DNA of 64,000 nucleotides from an uncultured delta proteobacterium. GTDB taxonomy: Bacteria > Myxococcota_A > Polyangia > Polyangiales > Houyiibacteriaceae. The notes under the pieces are model-generated. The model was not told the origin of the DNA, did not search any database, and saw only the letters and a program-made list of their open reading frames with translations. The DNA lies in contig CAVOVB010000001.1 in NCBI GenBank assembly GCA_963699755.1, positions 352,001 through 416,000 on the forward strand. The letters run 5' to 3'. This document shows positions 8,544-18,766 of this stretch, in pieces. Position 1 is the first letter of the stretch. Every line of letters starts with the position of its first letter. A program made the translations under genes and the position numbers.

Positions 8544-10337
8544 TCAGTCGATGATGTAGTACGCACCGAGGACGCCAAACATCTCTTCCTCGGTGGTGAC
8601 GCCGCCCCAGACCGGACAAGCGTCGCAGACGCCGACCTCGCCGCAGACAGAGTCGTCTCCGTTGCAGGTCATGCCTTGATTCGGCCCGCCAAGGCATGCG
8701 CGATCTTCCGGCTGACAGCCGCACGGCCCGATCAGAGGCGTGCGATCCCCGAGCGCGCAGGTGTTCGCGTCGGGCCTGTTCGAGTTCCTTCGCACCTCCT
8801 CGGGATTGGTCGCGCCGTTGTCCCAAATGGCACAGTACCGGAACGTTCGATCGCGTTCATCGGGGCTATCGAGATCGAGAGCGTTCTGCTCGCCGAAGCG
8901 TTGATAGAGGGGATCCTGATAGTAGAAGCTTCGGTAGTCGGGGTCGCGTTCAGGCGCCGGGCAATTCGGGCCCCCACTGCACGCATCGTTGGGTGGATAC
9001 CAAATGCGAAAGTCGTGGCCGAATTTGTGCGTGTGAGACGAGAGCGTGATCAAGCGCGAACCGATGGGCAAGGTGAACGTCGCGCACGCCTGCTGGCTCG
9101 TAAACGGAGCGATCGTGCCCATCGAAAAGATGTGATCCAACACCGTCAGGTCCTGTCGGAGAAACGCGCGGTCCTCGGGCGCACTATAGGTGAAGTTCAT
9201 GTACTGGGCGACGGTCGTGTCCTCTTTGGTCAGGTTGAACGAGTGGCTGTTCCAGATCGTGAAACCGCGCACCGGCATCACCCCGTACACCCCGGGCGCG
9301 AAGTCTTCGACGAATGTCGCTTCTTGCGCGACAGCGATGTTCAGCCGCGAGGCCGCTGCGCCAAAGAAGCCGAGAAAGCTTCCGAGATCCTCGGGCCCAT
9401 TCGGGTATCGAATGCACCCTACGGCGGTCAACGGCGCCGTCGCGCAGGCGCTTTTGTCACCGCACATGCCTTCGACGGTCGGGTCGCAGGGCATCCCATC
9501 GTTGGCGCCATCGAGGCACTGCCAATCCTTCCAGACAGGGTTCTTCGGGTCCCACTCGTGTTGGTTTTCGGGAGCCGGAATGTAGGACTCGACGATGCTG
9601 TGATGGGACTGCGGGTCCTGGGCAAGGAGGAAGTTCGAGTATCCAAAACACTCACGGCTCGGACCGCCGTAGCTTTCAGGGCAGGGCAGTCGAACGGTTT
9701 CCGGCACCCGGTCGCTGTAGTCGTAGTACGTGACGAAGCAGACCTCGTTTTCGGACTCAGCCGGTAGCGTCCAGCCACCAGAGAAGAACTGGATGCCTTT
9801 GTCCGCAGCGGGTGGAGGCAGGGGCGGGATCTTGTTGGGAGCGGCCTCCTCGCTCGGCGCACATCCAAGCACTTGAGGCGCCCCGCGGACCACACCGACT
9901 CGCGGTGCACCAGCACGGATCCACGCGCGCACCAGAGCGAGCTCTTCCTCGGTCAGGATCTCAGCGCTCGCGGGCATCGCACCGCCCGAGATCCCGTAGT
10001 CTGCGAGGTCGGTGTCGAGTGTCTTTGCGGCGAGCTTCAGATAGAGCACGCTTCGCTCTTCATCGGCTGGGAACACGAGCGGAAGATCGCCCGTCCCGGC
10101 CGCCACGTTCACCACGTTCTGGTAGAGGTTCTCCGGGCGGAGATCGAGACTGCCGGCTGCCTGGGACGCGTCGGCGCCGTGGCAGGTGCTCGCCGTGCAC
10201 CCACGCGCGTCGAAGACCGACTGAACCAGCGCGAAGGTGCTGTCGGCGTTGCATTTCTCGGCGAAGTCGCTGTCACTCCCGCAGGCGGCGAGGGTCATAG
10301 CCGGCAATAGATAGGCCAACAGGGCTAGGCGGCGCAT
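8544..10337 (-). CDS. Lipoprotein: N-terminal c-type cytochrome-like domain plus copper type II (PHM/DBH-like) monooxygenase domain
   Basis: Lipobox LAAC; CTASTCH...MP...WIRAGA; SHH, SHSFN, SHTH and C-terminal EEM; start taken at ATG 10337. Confidence 0.65.
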   Translation of the reverse strand: MRRLALLAYLLPAMTLAACGSDSDFAEKCNADSTFALVQSVFDARGCTASTCHGADASQAAGSLDLRPENLYQNVVNVAAGTGDLPLVFPADEERSVLYLKLAAKTLDTDLADYGISGGAMPASAEILTEEELALVRAWIRAGAPRVGVVRGAPQVLGCAPSEEAAPNKIPPLPPPAADKGIQFFSGGWTLPAESENEVCFVTYYDYSDRVPETVRLPCPESYGGPSRECFGYSNFLLAQDPQSHHSIVESYIPAPENQHEWDPKNPVWKDWQCLDGANDGMPCDPTVEGMCGDKSACATAPLTAVGCIRYPNGPEDLGSFLGFFGAAASRLNIAVAQEATFVEDFAPGVYGVMPVRGFTIWNSHSFNLTKEDTTVAQYMNFTYSAPEDRAFLRQDLTVLDHIFSMGTIAPFTSQQACATFTLPIGSRLITLSSHTHKFGHDFRIWYPPNDACSGGPNCPAPERDPDYRSFYYQDPLYQRFGEQNALDLDSPDERDRTFRYCAIWDNGATNPEEVRRNSNRPDANTCALGDRTPLIGPCGCQPEDRACLGGPNQGMTCNGDDSVCGEVGVCDACPVWGGVTTEEEMFGVLGAYYIID

Positions 10338-10503
10338 GAGTCGTCTCCTTGGGACCACGAACGGGAACCGTGGCCGGTCAGAGATAGACGTATTGGCGCA
10401 TCTGGTCAACGTCCCTTGGGCTTGCTCGTATCCCAGTGGCGGAACGCGCCTCAGTGCAGACTTGTGGACGGTCCCACGCTCTGTTCTCGGTTACAGTCCG
10501 ACG

Positions 10504-11802
10504 ATGGGTCGCCTAGTCGCGCTGGTTTGGGTGCTCCCCGGCGCGGCCAACGCAATGGCGCAGGCGACCGAGCTGACGCCAGCTCCAGCCGAGCCCGGCC
10601 CCGCGTGGCCGCTGCTCAAGTCGGTCATCGGTCTTTCCATTCTCCTCATCCTCGCTTGGTTGGCCTCGCATCCCAAGGTCCGGCAGCGGCTCGAGGACGC
10701 ACTCGGCATTGGCCACGCAATTACCTCCGGCGTTGCATTCGTCCTGCTCGGGTTGCTGGCGCGTCATCCTGCCGTCGGAATTCTCGACGACGAGGTCCTG
10801 TACGATCTGACACCGCTGGTGCACTTCGCACTCGGCTGGCTCGGTCTGATCATTGGATTTCAATTCGATGTCCGAGTCCTCGATCGGCTGCCAAGAGGCA
10901 CCGCTACGCTGGTCGGCCTGGAAACGCTGACGCCGTTTCTCCTCGTAGGCACGACGGGCGCAGCGCTGATGCTCTTCTTTGGCAGGCCTTGGAACGACGC
11001 GACCTTCGTCCGCGACGCGATCGTTCTGGCGACGGCAGGCGCTATCTCCGCAACCGGTTCGGGCGATCGTGCGGCGCCGCAGGATGCGCACGGTGAGGAG
11101 CCGGATCCACAGCTTGCCGTCGAGTCGCTAGACGAGATCATCGCGGTCGCTGGCCTTGCAGCGCTCGGCGCCTTCTTTCGTCCCCTCTGGATCGAGTTCG
11201 AGTGGGACTTACCCGGAACGGTTTGGTTGATTTTGAGCCTTGGCGTTGGACTGTGCCTCGGTCTCATCATGTATGCGCTCTTGGCGGGGCGCAGGGGTTC
11301 GGAGTTTTTGGCGCTCTTGCTCGGCTCGGTCGCGCTCGCTTCTGGGATCGCCGGGTACTTGTTCCTCTCCCCATTGGTCGTGTGCTTCATCGCAGGTGCC
11401 CTCCTGGTGAATCTCCCAGGCGAGCACAAGCAGCAGTGCTGGACGATTCTCATGCAGCTCGAGCGCCCCATTTACTATCTCTTCTTTGCGATTGCGGGGG
11501 CGCTTTGGGATGTCGCAGATTGGCGCGGCTGGGTGCTGCTGGTCGCGTTCCTCTCGAGTCGCGGAATCGGATACGCGATCGCAATGCGCATGCTCGGGCG
11601 TCAATCCCCCCGTTTGGCGGCCCGCGTCGAGGCTTCGGGGTGGCGCTCGGTCCTCGTTCCACCCATCAGCATGGTTTCCATCGCGATCGTGATGAGCGCC
11701 CAAGTGCTCTATCGAGATCCGGCCATTCCTTGGATCGTGACTGCCGTGATCGGAGGCGCGATCACTTCTGAAGTGCTTTCTCGCCGGAGACGTCCGAGAT
11801 GA
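10504..11802 (+). CDS. Cation/H+ antiporter family membrane protein (first of pair)
   Basis: About 12 hydrophobic segments; GLIIGFQFD, LSPLVVCFIAGA, FFAIAGA; overlaps the next gene. Confidence 0.7.
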   Translation: MGRLVALVWVLPGAANAMAQATELTPAPAEPGPAWPLLKSVIGLSILLILAWLASHPKVRQRLEDALGIGHAITSGVAFVLLGLLARHPAVGILDDEVLYDLTPLVHFALGWLGLIIGFQFDVRVLDRLPRGTATLVGLETLTPFLLVGTTGAALMLFFGRPWNDATFVRDAIVLATAGAISATGSGDRAAPQDAHGEEPDPQLAVESLDEIIAVAGLAALGAFFRPLWIEFEWDLPGTVWLILSLGVGLCLGLIMYALLAGRRGSEFLALLLGSVALASGIAGYLFLSPLVVCFIAGALLVNLPGEHKQQCWTILMQLERPIYYLFFAIAGALWDVADWRGWVLLVAFLSSRGIGYAIAMRMLGRQSPRLAARVEASGWRSVLVPPISMVSIAIVMSAQVLYRDPAIPWIVTAVIGGAITSEVLSRRRRPR

Positions 11803-13145
11803 AGAACCTGCTCATCCTCTTGGCGCTCGGATCGCTCGTGCATACGGCGCAGACTCTGCTGCCCATCGGCGGGGACGCTCGGGGAACGGCTGGCACCGCG
11901 CTTGCATTTGGTCTCCTTCTGCTGGTCGCATTCGTCTCGGGCGACGTCCTGGCGCGACTTCGACTTCCCAAGCTCGTCGGGTACATTCTCGCCGGCATCG
12001 CAATCGGACCGCACGCGCTCGGTCTCGTCTCCGAGAACATGATCGTGCAGTTGGACTTGATCGAAGGGGTCGCCATCTGCTTGATCGCGCTGACCGCCGG
12101 GGGCGAGCTCAATCTCAATCGCTTGCGCCCCGTGCTTCCGACGATCGTCGCCCTGACGGGCTGGGCGGTCATCGGCACGAGCATTCTCTTGGGGCTGGCT
12201 TTGTTCTTTGCAGCGCCGAGGCTCGCCTTTCTACATGACCTGGAGGGGCCCACTCTGCTGGCGTTTTGCGGAATGCTCGGCGTCTTGCTCAGCGCTCAAT
12301 CCCCCGCCGTGGTGATGGCCATGCTGAGCGAAACCCGCTCGGAGGGGCCAGTCAGCAGGACCATGCTCGGAACGGTCGTCATCGCTGATCTCGTCGTGAT
12401 CGTGCTCTTCAGTGGTGCGTCCGCACTCGTCCGCTCCATGATGACGGGCGAAGGCGATGCGGCCGGGACAGCGCGAGCGATCGCCTGGGAGCTCTTCGGC
12501 TCGATGGGATCCGGACTTGTCGTTGGCATCGGTCTCGCCTACTACCTGCGTAAGATCAGGCGAGATGCCTCACTCTTCGTAGTCCTGCTTTGCATCATCG
12601 TCGCTGAGATCACGACGAGGGTCAGCCTAGACCCCTTGATCGTGATGCTCTCTGCCGGACTCGTGATTGCCAACTTCAACGAGCCGGACGCTTCCCAGCT
12701 TGTCCATGATCTTCAGGCCGCCTCCCTCCCGCTGTATCTGGTGTTTTTCGCCGTTGCTGGGACAACGCTTCAGCTCGATCTCCTGTTTGGAGTCGGGGCG
12801 ATCGCCGCAATCCTGGTCGCACTCCGCGCCTTCGGATTCGGTGTCGGCGGAGCGATCGCCACTCGACAAACGCGCTCTTCGACGGAGATCCGCCGCTGGG
12901 CTTGGACGGGCCTACTGCCGCAAGCGGGGCTCGCTCTAGCCCTGGCGCTGGTCGTGCAGCGCTCGTTTGGAAACACTGGCAAGGGCGCGAGCGCGCTTCT
13001 TCTGGCCGTTATCGCCATGAACGAGCTGCTGATGCCCATCGTTCTGCGCAACGCTCTCGTGCGGTCCGGCGAAGCCATGGTTCGAAGCTCCGTCGCCCCA
13101 GACGTCCGACTTCCCGCCCCGGGGCCTTCGGGCAAGCTGCCCTAG
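11799..13145 (+). CDS. Cation/H+ antiporter (CPA2-like, second of pair)
   Basis: LPKLVGYILAGIAIGP, AGGELN, SPAVV, VFFAVAG, GLLPQAGLAL. Confidence 0.82.
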   Translation: MKNLLILLALGSLVHTAQTLLPIGGDARGTAGTALAFGLLLLVAFVSGDVLARLRLPKLVGYILAGIAIGPHALGLVSENMIVQLDLIEGVAICLIALTAGGELNLNRLRPVLPTIVALTGWAVIGTSILLGLALFFAAPRLAFLHDLEGPTLLAFCGMLGVLLSAQSPAVVMAMLSETRSEGPVSRTMLGTVVIADLVVIVLFSGASALVRSMMTGEGDAAGTARAIAWELFGSMGSGLVVGIGLAYYLRKIRRDASLFVVLLCIIVAEITTRVSLDPLIVMLSAGLVIANFNEPDASQLVHDLQAASLPLYLVFFAVAGTTLQLDLLFGVGAIAAILVALRAFGFGVGGAIATRQTRSSTEIRRWAWTGLLPQAGLALALALVVQRSFGNTGKGASALLLAVIAMNELLMPIVLRNALVRSGEAMVRSSVAPDVRLPAPGPSGKLP

Positions 13146-13219
13146 AGCGCTCGATTGGCTGGCCGTCCGGAATTTGGCGATGGGCGGCACTGACCATCTG
13201 CCTCGTTCTCATCGCCTTG

Positions 13220-14392
13220 TCATCGGCCGATTCGCAGCAGGCACACCTTCAGATACTGACCTTCGCGGAACACGGGGAGGACCGGGTGGTCGGGCGCAGC
13301 GCCCCAGGTTTCGAGGATTGTTGCGGAGCGACCAGTCGCCCGTGCGGCGTCGCGAAGTGATGTCTCGAACAGGTCAGGGCTGATGTGGCTCGAACAGGAT
13401 GCGGCAAGATAGAGGCCGCCCTCGTCGACGTGCTGCATGCAGCTCTGATGAAGCTTTCGATAGGCGCGGATCGCCCTGGGAACCGTACGCTGGCTCGGGG
13501 CGAAGCTCGGTGGATCCGAGATGACGATGTCGAAGCGCTCATCGTCCCGCAAGGCCTGCATGTACCGGGAGACATCGGAAGCCACGACCCGGTGTCGCTC
13601 TCGATCGAGAGAATTCGAGCTCCAGCTTTGCGTGGCGAGCTCGAGCGCCGGCCGCGCCGAATCGACCGTCACCACTTTGCGGGCTCCACCAAGACCAGCC
13701 GCCACGGAGAACCCCCCCGTGTAGCCGTAGAGGTTCAGCACGCGGCAGCCCTCGCTCAATTCACGGATGCGCTGACGCGACTCGCGATGGTCGAGGAAGA
13801 GCCCCGTCTTCTGCCCGTGCCAGAGGCTCGCCACGAGCTTCATGCCACACTCCACGACCGTGACCGCCTCGGGCGGAGGCTCCCCCCAGACCTGCTGCAC
13901 GCCAAAGTCCTTGTCCTTTGGGACCCGAGCCACCGCACCTCGGACCCCGAGTCGCTCGAAGAGCGGCATCAAGGCCTCGAGCCAGGTCGGCAGCCAGGAA
14001 TGGAGCGCGGGGCTGTCGAAGCGGAGCACCGCATAGTCCCCGTACAAGTCGACGACGAACCCAGGCAGGCGATCGCCCTCCCCGTGCACCAGCCGATAGG
14101 TGTTCGTATCGGGAGGTAGGATGCGTTGACGGAGTGCGAACGCCTCGGCAAGTCGTCCTGCCAAGAGGTCCCGGTCCACCGGTTCGTCACGGGTTGTGAA
14201 CATGCGCACCGCGATCGCACCCTCGTCGGAAATCCCGCGGCCGATGAAGCGACCATCTCGCCCCTTCACCGCTACGACGCGGCCGGCGCTACGAGGCGCG
14301 TTGCGCAAGGCTCTGCGGAACACCCAGGGATGACCCGAGCGAAGAACGCGCTCCAGGGGAACTCTAAGCCTTAGCGTTTCCTCTCGCGTCAC
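13220..14392 (-). CDS. rlmI: RlmI-type SAM-dependent rRNA methyltransferase
   Basis: PUA-like GHPWVF, RLVHGEGDRLPG, GQKTGLFLDHR, VLNLYGYTGGF, SDPPSF, ASCS, YLK; GTG start inferred. Confidence 0.82.
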   Translation of the reverse strand: MTREETLRLRVPLERVLRSGHPWVFRRALRNAPRSAGRVVAVKGRDGRFIGRGISDEGAIAVRMFTTRDEPVDRDLLAGRLAEAFALRQRILPPDTNTYRLVHGEGDRLPGFVVDLYGDYAVLRFDSPALHSWLPTWLEALMPLFERLGVRGAVARVPKDKDFGVQQVWGEPPPEAVTVVECGMKLVASLWHGQKTGLFLDHRESRQRIRELSEGCRVLNLYGYTGGFSVAAGLGGARKVVTVDSARPALELATQSWSSNSLDRERHRVVASDVSRYMQALRDDERFDIVISDPPSFAPSQRTVPRAIRAYRKLHQSCMQHVDEGGLYLAASCSSHISPDLFETSLRDAARATGRSATILETWGAAPDHPVLPVFREGQYLKVCLLRIGR

Positions 14393-14504
14393 GAATCTAC
14401 CGGCTGTTCTCGACCCATGCGCACTGTCTCGTCGAGCAGCATGTAGCACATGGATCTTCACGAAGTGGGCCGGCGCTTCAACGATGCCGAAGCGTGAGAA
14501 GACA

Positions 14505-15761
14505 CTAGCGAAAGAAGAACGAATGAAGGAGCGAGTCCGTCTCGAATGGGATCTTACTCCAGAGACGCACGCCAAAGGCGAAGACTACGCTGACCAACGC
14601 AACGACGAGCAACCGCGCTTTTGAGCTCGATAGGGTCGACGTCAGGCCGCCGAAGAGAATGAGACCGAAGGCATACGACGGCAGGTAGTGATAGATGTAG
14701 CTGTCGCGATTCGTCAGTATCCACGGACAAAGCGGCAGGAACCACAGCATGAGCAGATAGCTCTGACCCGGGGTCGACTGGAAAACTTGTCGCACCATCC
14801 CCGGATCGCCGTGACGCAATCGACGTAGCACGTCGAACGCCGACCAAAGCACGGCGGCGTTCACGCCCCACCACAAAATGGGGTTGCCCGAGGTCGTCAT
14901 CATTCGAACGACGTCGCCTTCGCGGGCGTAGTGAAGCCTCAGGGTCTTGAGCGGGATGAACCAGGTGTACCAGCGCGAAGTCGCCGAATGTTTCCAGTCG
15001 TCCAAGGCGATGTGATGGTGGAAGAGCTCGGCGGTCTTCTTCACGACATCGAGGAGCCCGAACTCGTCGCCGCACAGAGCAAGCCCCAAAGAGAACTGGG
15101 CAACGTACACGGCCGCCATGGAGCCCATGCTGAAAACGAGCAAACCGAAAGTCTTCGGATGGGCGCCGAAGCGACCTAGCGTCACCAGCACCAACGGGAC
15201 CACTAGAACCACGCCGGTGAACTTGAACGACATCGACACGCCGATGAGGATCGCACCAAGCGTGATCCCTCGCCACGAGCGCGCGCGCCAGAGCGCGAGC
15301 GCCGCGGCGACCATCGAGGTTGCCAGCATTCCATCGAGGAGCGCGGTCTTCGAAAAGGCCAGAGCGAAACCGCTGGCCGCGATGAACGCACCCGCGTACA
15401 AGCCTGCGGTCTTCGATCGAAACGCCGAGGCACCAAACGCGTAGGCGAGCGCGATCAACGCCAAACCGAAGAGGAGTGGGGCAAGGCGCCAGCCCGCACC
15501 GTCGTCGCCCACGGTGAGGATGCCGAGCGCGATGAGAAGCTTTCCGAGGGGTGGATGGTCGTTCCAGTCGGAGCGCCCATTGATGATGTTTCGGGCGTTC
15601 TCAACGAAGTGATGCTCGTCCCAGGTGAGCTCGTTCGGATAACCGAGCTCGTGCACCCGCGCTACGACGCCACCGATGATGAGCGCCACCAACAGAAGCT
15701 GAGTGAATCGATCGAGCCGGGCATCGCGCGACACACTCTCGTCGGGGCGGAGCTTGGGCAT
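14505..15761 (-). CDS. Phospholipid-carrier-dependent glycosyltransferase (GT39/PMT-like protein O-mannosyltransferase)
   Basis: WDEHHF, HPPLGKLLI, GWRL, LLDG, KFTG, YIYHYLP; multi-TM. Confidence 0.8.
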   Translation of the reverse strand: MPKLRPDESVSRDARLDRFTQLLLVALIIGGVVARVHELGYPNELTWDEHHFVENARNIINGRSDWNDHPPLGKLLIALGILTVGDDGAGWRLAPLLFGLALIALAYAFGASAFRSKTAGLYAGAFIAASGFALAFSKTALLDGMLATSMVAAALALWRARSWRGITLGAILIGVSMSFKFTGVVLVVPLVLVTLGRFGAHPKTFGLLVFSMGSMAAVYVAQFSLGLALCGDEFGLLDVVKKTAELFHHHIALDDWKHSATSRWYTWFIPLKTLRLHYAREGDVVRMMTTSGNPILWWGVNAAVLWSAFDVLRRLRHGDPGMVRQVFQSTPGQSYLLMLWFLPLCPWILTNRDSYIYHYLPSYAFGLILFGGLTSTLSSSKARLLVVALVSVVFAFGVRLWSKIPFETDSLLHSFFFR

Positions 15762-15964
15762 CCCGCAGAGGCTATATCGCACTACCCACATGACCAACGA
15801 GCAATTTTTACGAAGCGATCATCCAATTCGAATGTGAGCGCCAGGTTGCAAAAGCGGTCGGAAAGGTGACGTTCCATCGTGATTTTCTGTGAGCGCGAGG
15901 GCGCTCCGCTTGGTTTCGGAGCACAAGCGAGGGAGGACTCGACCGGCACGCTCTTTCGAGCCGT

Positions 15965-17023
15965 TCAATCGGCTGACTCGAACGCCTCTCTGAGCGCTTT
16001 CGCGAAGTCGCCAATCGCCTCGCGAGCGCGAGGAAGAATGCTCATCGTAGCGAAACCGTGAGGTAGGTCGGGAACGTGTTGATGGTCGACTGGAACGCCC
16101 GCCCTGCGCAGCTTGTCCACGTACTCGACCCCCTCGCCGCAGAGCAGGTCGAACTGCGCCGTCACGACGATGGCCGGTGGGAGCCCGGCGTGAGAGTCCA
16201 GGTAGAGCGGCGCAGCGAGCGGGTCTTCGTAGCTCCCATCGCCTATGTAGTTCTCGAAAAACCACCGAGTTGTCTTGGCGTCGAGGCCGTAGCCGGTCTG
16301 CAGCTCCGCCTTGCTGCGGCCAACATGATCGATACTCCCAGTGCCTGGATAGATAAGGAGCTGCGCGAACGGAAGCGGTCCGCCACGATCACGAGCGAGG
16401 AACGACACCACCGCGGCGAGGTTTCCGCCCGCACTGTCACCTCCGATGGCGATTCGATCGGCGCGAATCCCGAGCTCTTCTGCATGGCTGGCCACCCATC
16501 GGTATGCGTCGTCGCAATCTTCGACCGCGGCAGGAAACGGCTCTTCTGGCGCCAGGCGGTAGTCGACCGAAAACACAGCGCATCGGGCAGCCGCGCAAAT
16601 CCTTCGGCAGAGGGTGTCGTGGGTCTCTACGCTCCCGATCGTGAAGCCGCCCCCGTGAATGTAGACCAAGCCTGAAAGCGCTTCGGCCTGGCGCCCGCGC
16701 TCCAGTGGATAGTACGCCCGCGCAGCACGCTGCCCGGATCGCATGTCGATGCTGAGCTCCGAAACCCGTCCGATCTCGGGCGGCGACGCTTCGAGCACCC
16801 TGTTGAGCCGCGCGTAGTAGCGTCGGGCGGCCGCTGGGCTGAGGCTCGGCATCGAGCGTTCGGCGACGCGGCCCACCCGAAACATGTATTGCGCGCGCCG
16901 ATCGAGCGGCTGACCGTCCACTTCCCAGCGCATCTCGGTCATTCGCCTCACGGTGGAGTCGGATGCACGAAGAATGCGCCCGATCACCTTGGACTCGATC
17001 CGCTGGAAAAACGTCATCTCCAT
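15965..17023 (-). CDS. Alpha/beta hydrolase (family IV esterase/lipase)
   Basis: HGGGF, DYRLAPE, GDSAGG, FDLL, HGF. Confidence 0.92.
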   Translation of the reverse strand: MEMTFFQRIESKVIGRILRASDSTVRRMTEMRWEVDGQPLDRRAQYMFRVGRVAERSMPSLSPAAARRYYARLNRVLEASPPEIGRVSELSIDMRSGQRAARAYYPLERGRQAEALSGLVYIHGGGFTIGSVETHDTLCRRICAAARCAVFSVDYRLAPEEPFPAAVEDCDDAYRWVASHAEELGIRADRIAIGGDSAGGNLAAVVSFLARDRGGPLPFAQLLIYPGTGSIDHVGRSKAELQTGYGLDAKTTRWFFENYIGDGSYEDPLAAPLYLDSHAGLPPAIVVTAQFDLLCGEGVEYVDKLRRAGVPVDHQHVPDLPHGFATMSILPRAREAIGDFAKALREAFESAD

Positions 17024-17095
17024 CTGGTCGTCACTTGGTTAGACACGCCTCGCATCTGCGCTTAGCCTTACCGGACCATCGGTTCAAGGAGCGCC

Positions 17096-18616
17096 ATGAA
17101 GCAGCATTTCGACGTTCTCGTCGCCGGCGCCGGTATCTCCGGTATCGCGGCGGCCCACTATCTCCAGCAGAACTGTCCCGAGAAGACCTTCACGATCGTC
17201 GAGGGTCGCGACGCGATCGGCGGCACATGGGATCTCTTCCGTTTCCCTGGGATCCGTTCGGACTCCGACATGTACACCTTGGGGTTCTCGTTTCGACCTT
17301 GGCCCGAAGAAGACTCGATCGGCGAGGGCGGATCGATTCGGAGCTACTTGCAGGACACCGCCGAAGAGATCGGCATCGCCGAAAAGATTCGCTTCAGCAC
17401 TCGGATCGAGCGCGCGAGCTTTTCGAAGGCCGAAGGTCGCTGGACGGTGTACACGCGCAACGCCCACAGCGGAAAGGAAGAGACGCTCACCTGCGACTTC
17501 TTCTGGTCGTGCATGGGCTATTACCGGTACGACCGAGGCTATACACCGGACTTCGAGGGAACCGAGCGCTTCGAGGGTCAGATCGTCCATCCGCAAGAGT
17601 GGGATGAAGCCATCGACTACGCAGGAAAGCGCGTTGTCATCATCGGCAGTGGGGCTACTGCCATGACGATGCTTCCCGTGGTCGCGAAGAAGGCAGAGAA
17701 GGTCACCATGGTGCAGCGCTCTCCGACCTACGTGATCGCGTGGCCGCGCCGCGATCGCATGGCGCAGATGCTCCGATGGCTACTCGGACCAAAACGCGCC
17801 CACCCGATCATTCGGTGGAAGAACATTCGCTTGATGGCCCTCCTTTATTCGTTCTTGCGGCGCTTCCCAGCGCTGTCGAGCCGCCTGCTCATTCGGCAGG
17901 CGTACAAGCGGCTCGGCAGTGATTACGACGTCGAGAAGCACTTCACACCTCGCTACAACCCATGGGACCAACGCCTGTGCCTCGTGCCCGACGGTGATCT
18001 CTTCGATGCGATCGCCTCGGGTCACGCCGACGTGGTCACCGATCAGATTGATACGTTTACGGAACGAGGACTCGCCCTTCGCTCGGGAACCGAGCTCGAC
18101 GCAGACCTGATCGTCACCGCTACGGGATTCTCGCTCCAGTGGCTGGGGGGCGTCGACCTCGATGTCGACGGCGTGCCCTTCGAACCCGCGGACGCGTTGA
18201 TCTACAAGGGCTGCATGCTCGGGGGGCTGCCGAATTGCGCGTTCGTCTTCGGCTACATCAACTCGTCATGGACACTGCGTGCAGAGCTCGTCTGCGAGTA
18301 CATCTGCGAGCTGCTCCGTTTCATGGATGAGCACGGGTACGGCCAATGCTGCCCAGACCCCGATCCAACCGTCGAGGCCCTCCCCGCACTCGACTTGATG
18401 GCTGGCTATGTGACGCGCGCAAAGGGGCTCATCCCATCGCAAGGGTCACGCGATCCGTGGCGCCTCAACCAGAGCGTCGCGCTCGACAAAGCCTTGCTGA
18501 AGGGCCAGCCCATCGACGACGGAACTCTGCGTTTCACCGAGCGAAGACCTGCTCGAGCGGACATGCCCATCGTGACGCATGGCGCGAGGGCCGAAGTCGC
18601 GCCGCCGAGCTCGTAA
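17096..18616 (+). CDS. Flavin-containing (Baeyer-Villiger, EthA-like) monooxygenase
   Basis: GAGISG, GGTWDLFRFPGIRSDSD, FEGQIVHPQEW, IGSGATA, PWDQRLC. Confidence 0.92.
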   Translation: MKQHFDVLVAGAGISGIAAAHYLQQNCPEKTFTIVEGRDAIGGTWDLFRFPGIRSDSDMYTLGFSFRPWPEEDSIGEGGSIRSYLQDTAEEIGIAEKIRFSTRIERASFSKAEGRWTVYTRNAHSGKEETLTCDFFWSCMGYYRYDRGYTPDFEGTERFEGQIVHPQEWDEAIDYAGKRVVIIGSGATAMTMLPVVAKKAEKVTMVQRSPTYVIAWPRRDRMAQMLRWLLGPKRAHPIIRWKNIRLMALLYSFLRRFPALSSRLLIRQAYKRLGSDYDVEKHFTPRYNPWDQRLCLVPDGDLFDAIASGHADVVTDQIDTFTERGLALRSGTELDADLIVTATGFSLQWLGGVDLDVDGVPFEPADALIYKGCMLGGLPNCAFVFGYINSSWTLRAELVCEYICELLRFMDEHGYGQCCPDPDPTVEALPALDLMAGYVTRAKGLIPSQGSRDPWRLNQSVALDKALLKGQPIDDGTLRFTERRPARADMPIVTHGARAEVAPPSS

Positions 18617-18766
18617 GGCAGCTCGACCGGTGCGCCGGCCGTTGCGCACTCTGTTGTTGGCTTGCTTCACGAAAACTCTTTTCATTTTCAATTGAATCTC
18701 CCTATCTGAGCTCTGAGCGTTGGCTTGCTCGATGGGGCGTCGCGAGTAAGCCTCGGGGCGCTCGGG

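Noticed and set aside
18681..18696. Operator upstream of psrA (TTCA-N8-TGAA, TTCAATTGAA)
   Set aside because: Short palindrome in an AT-rich promoter; no regulator nearby; too weak to call
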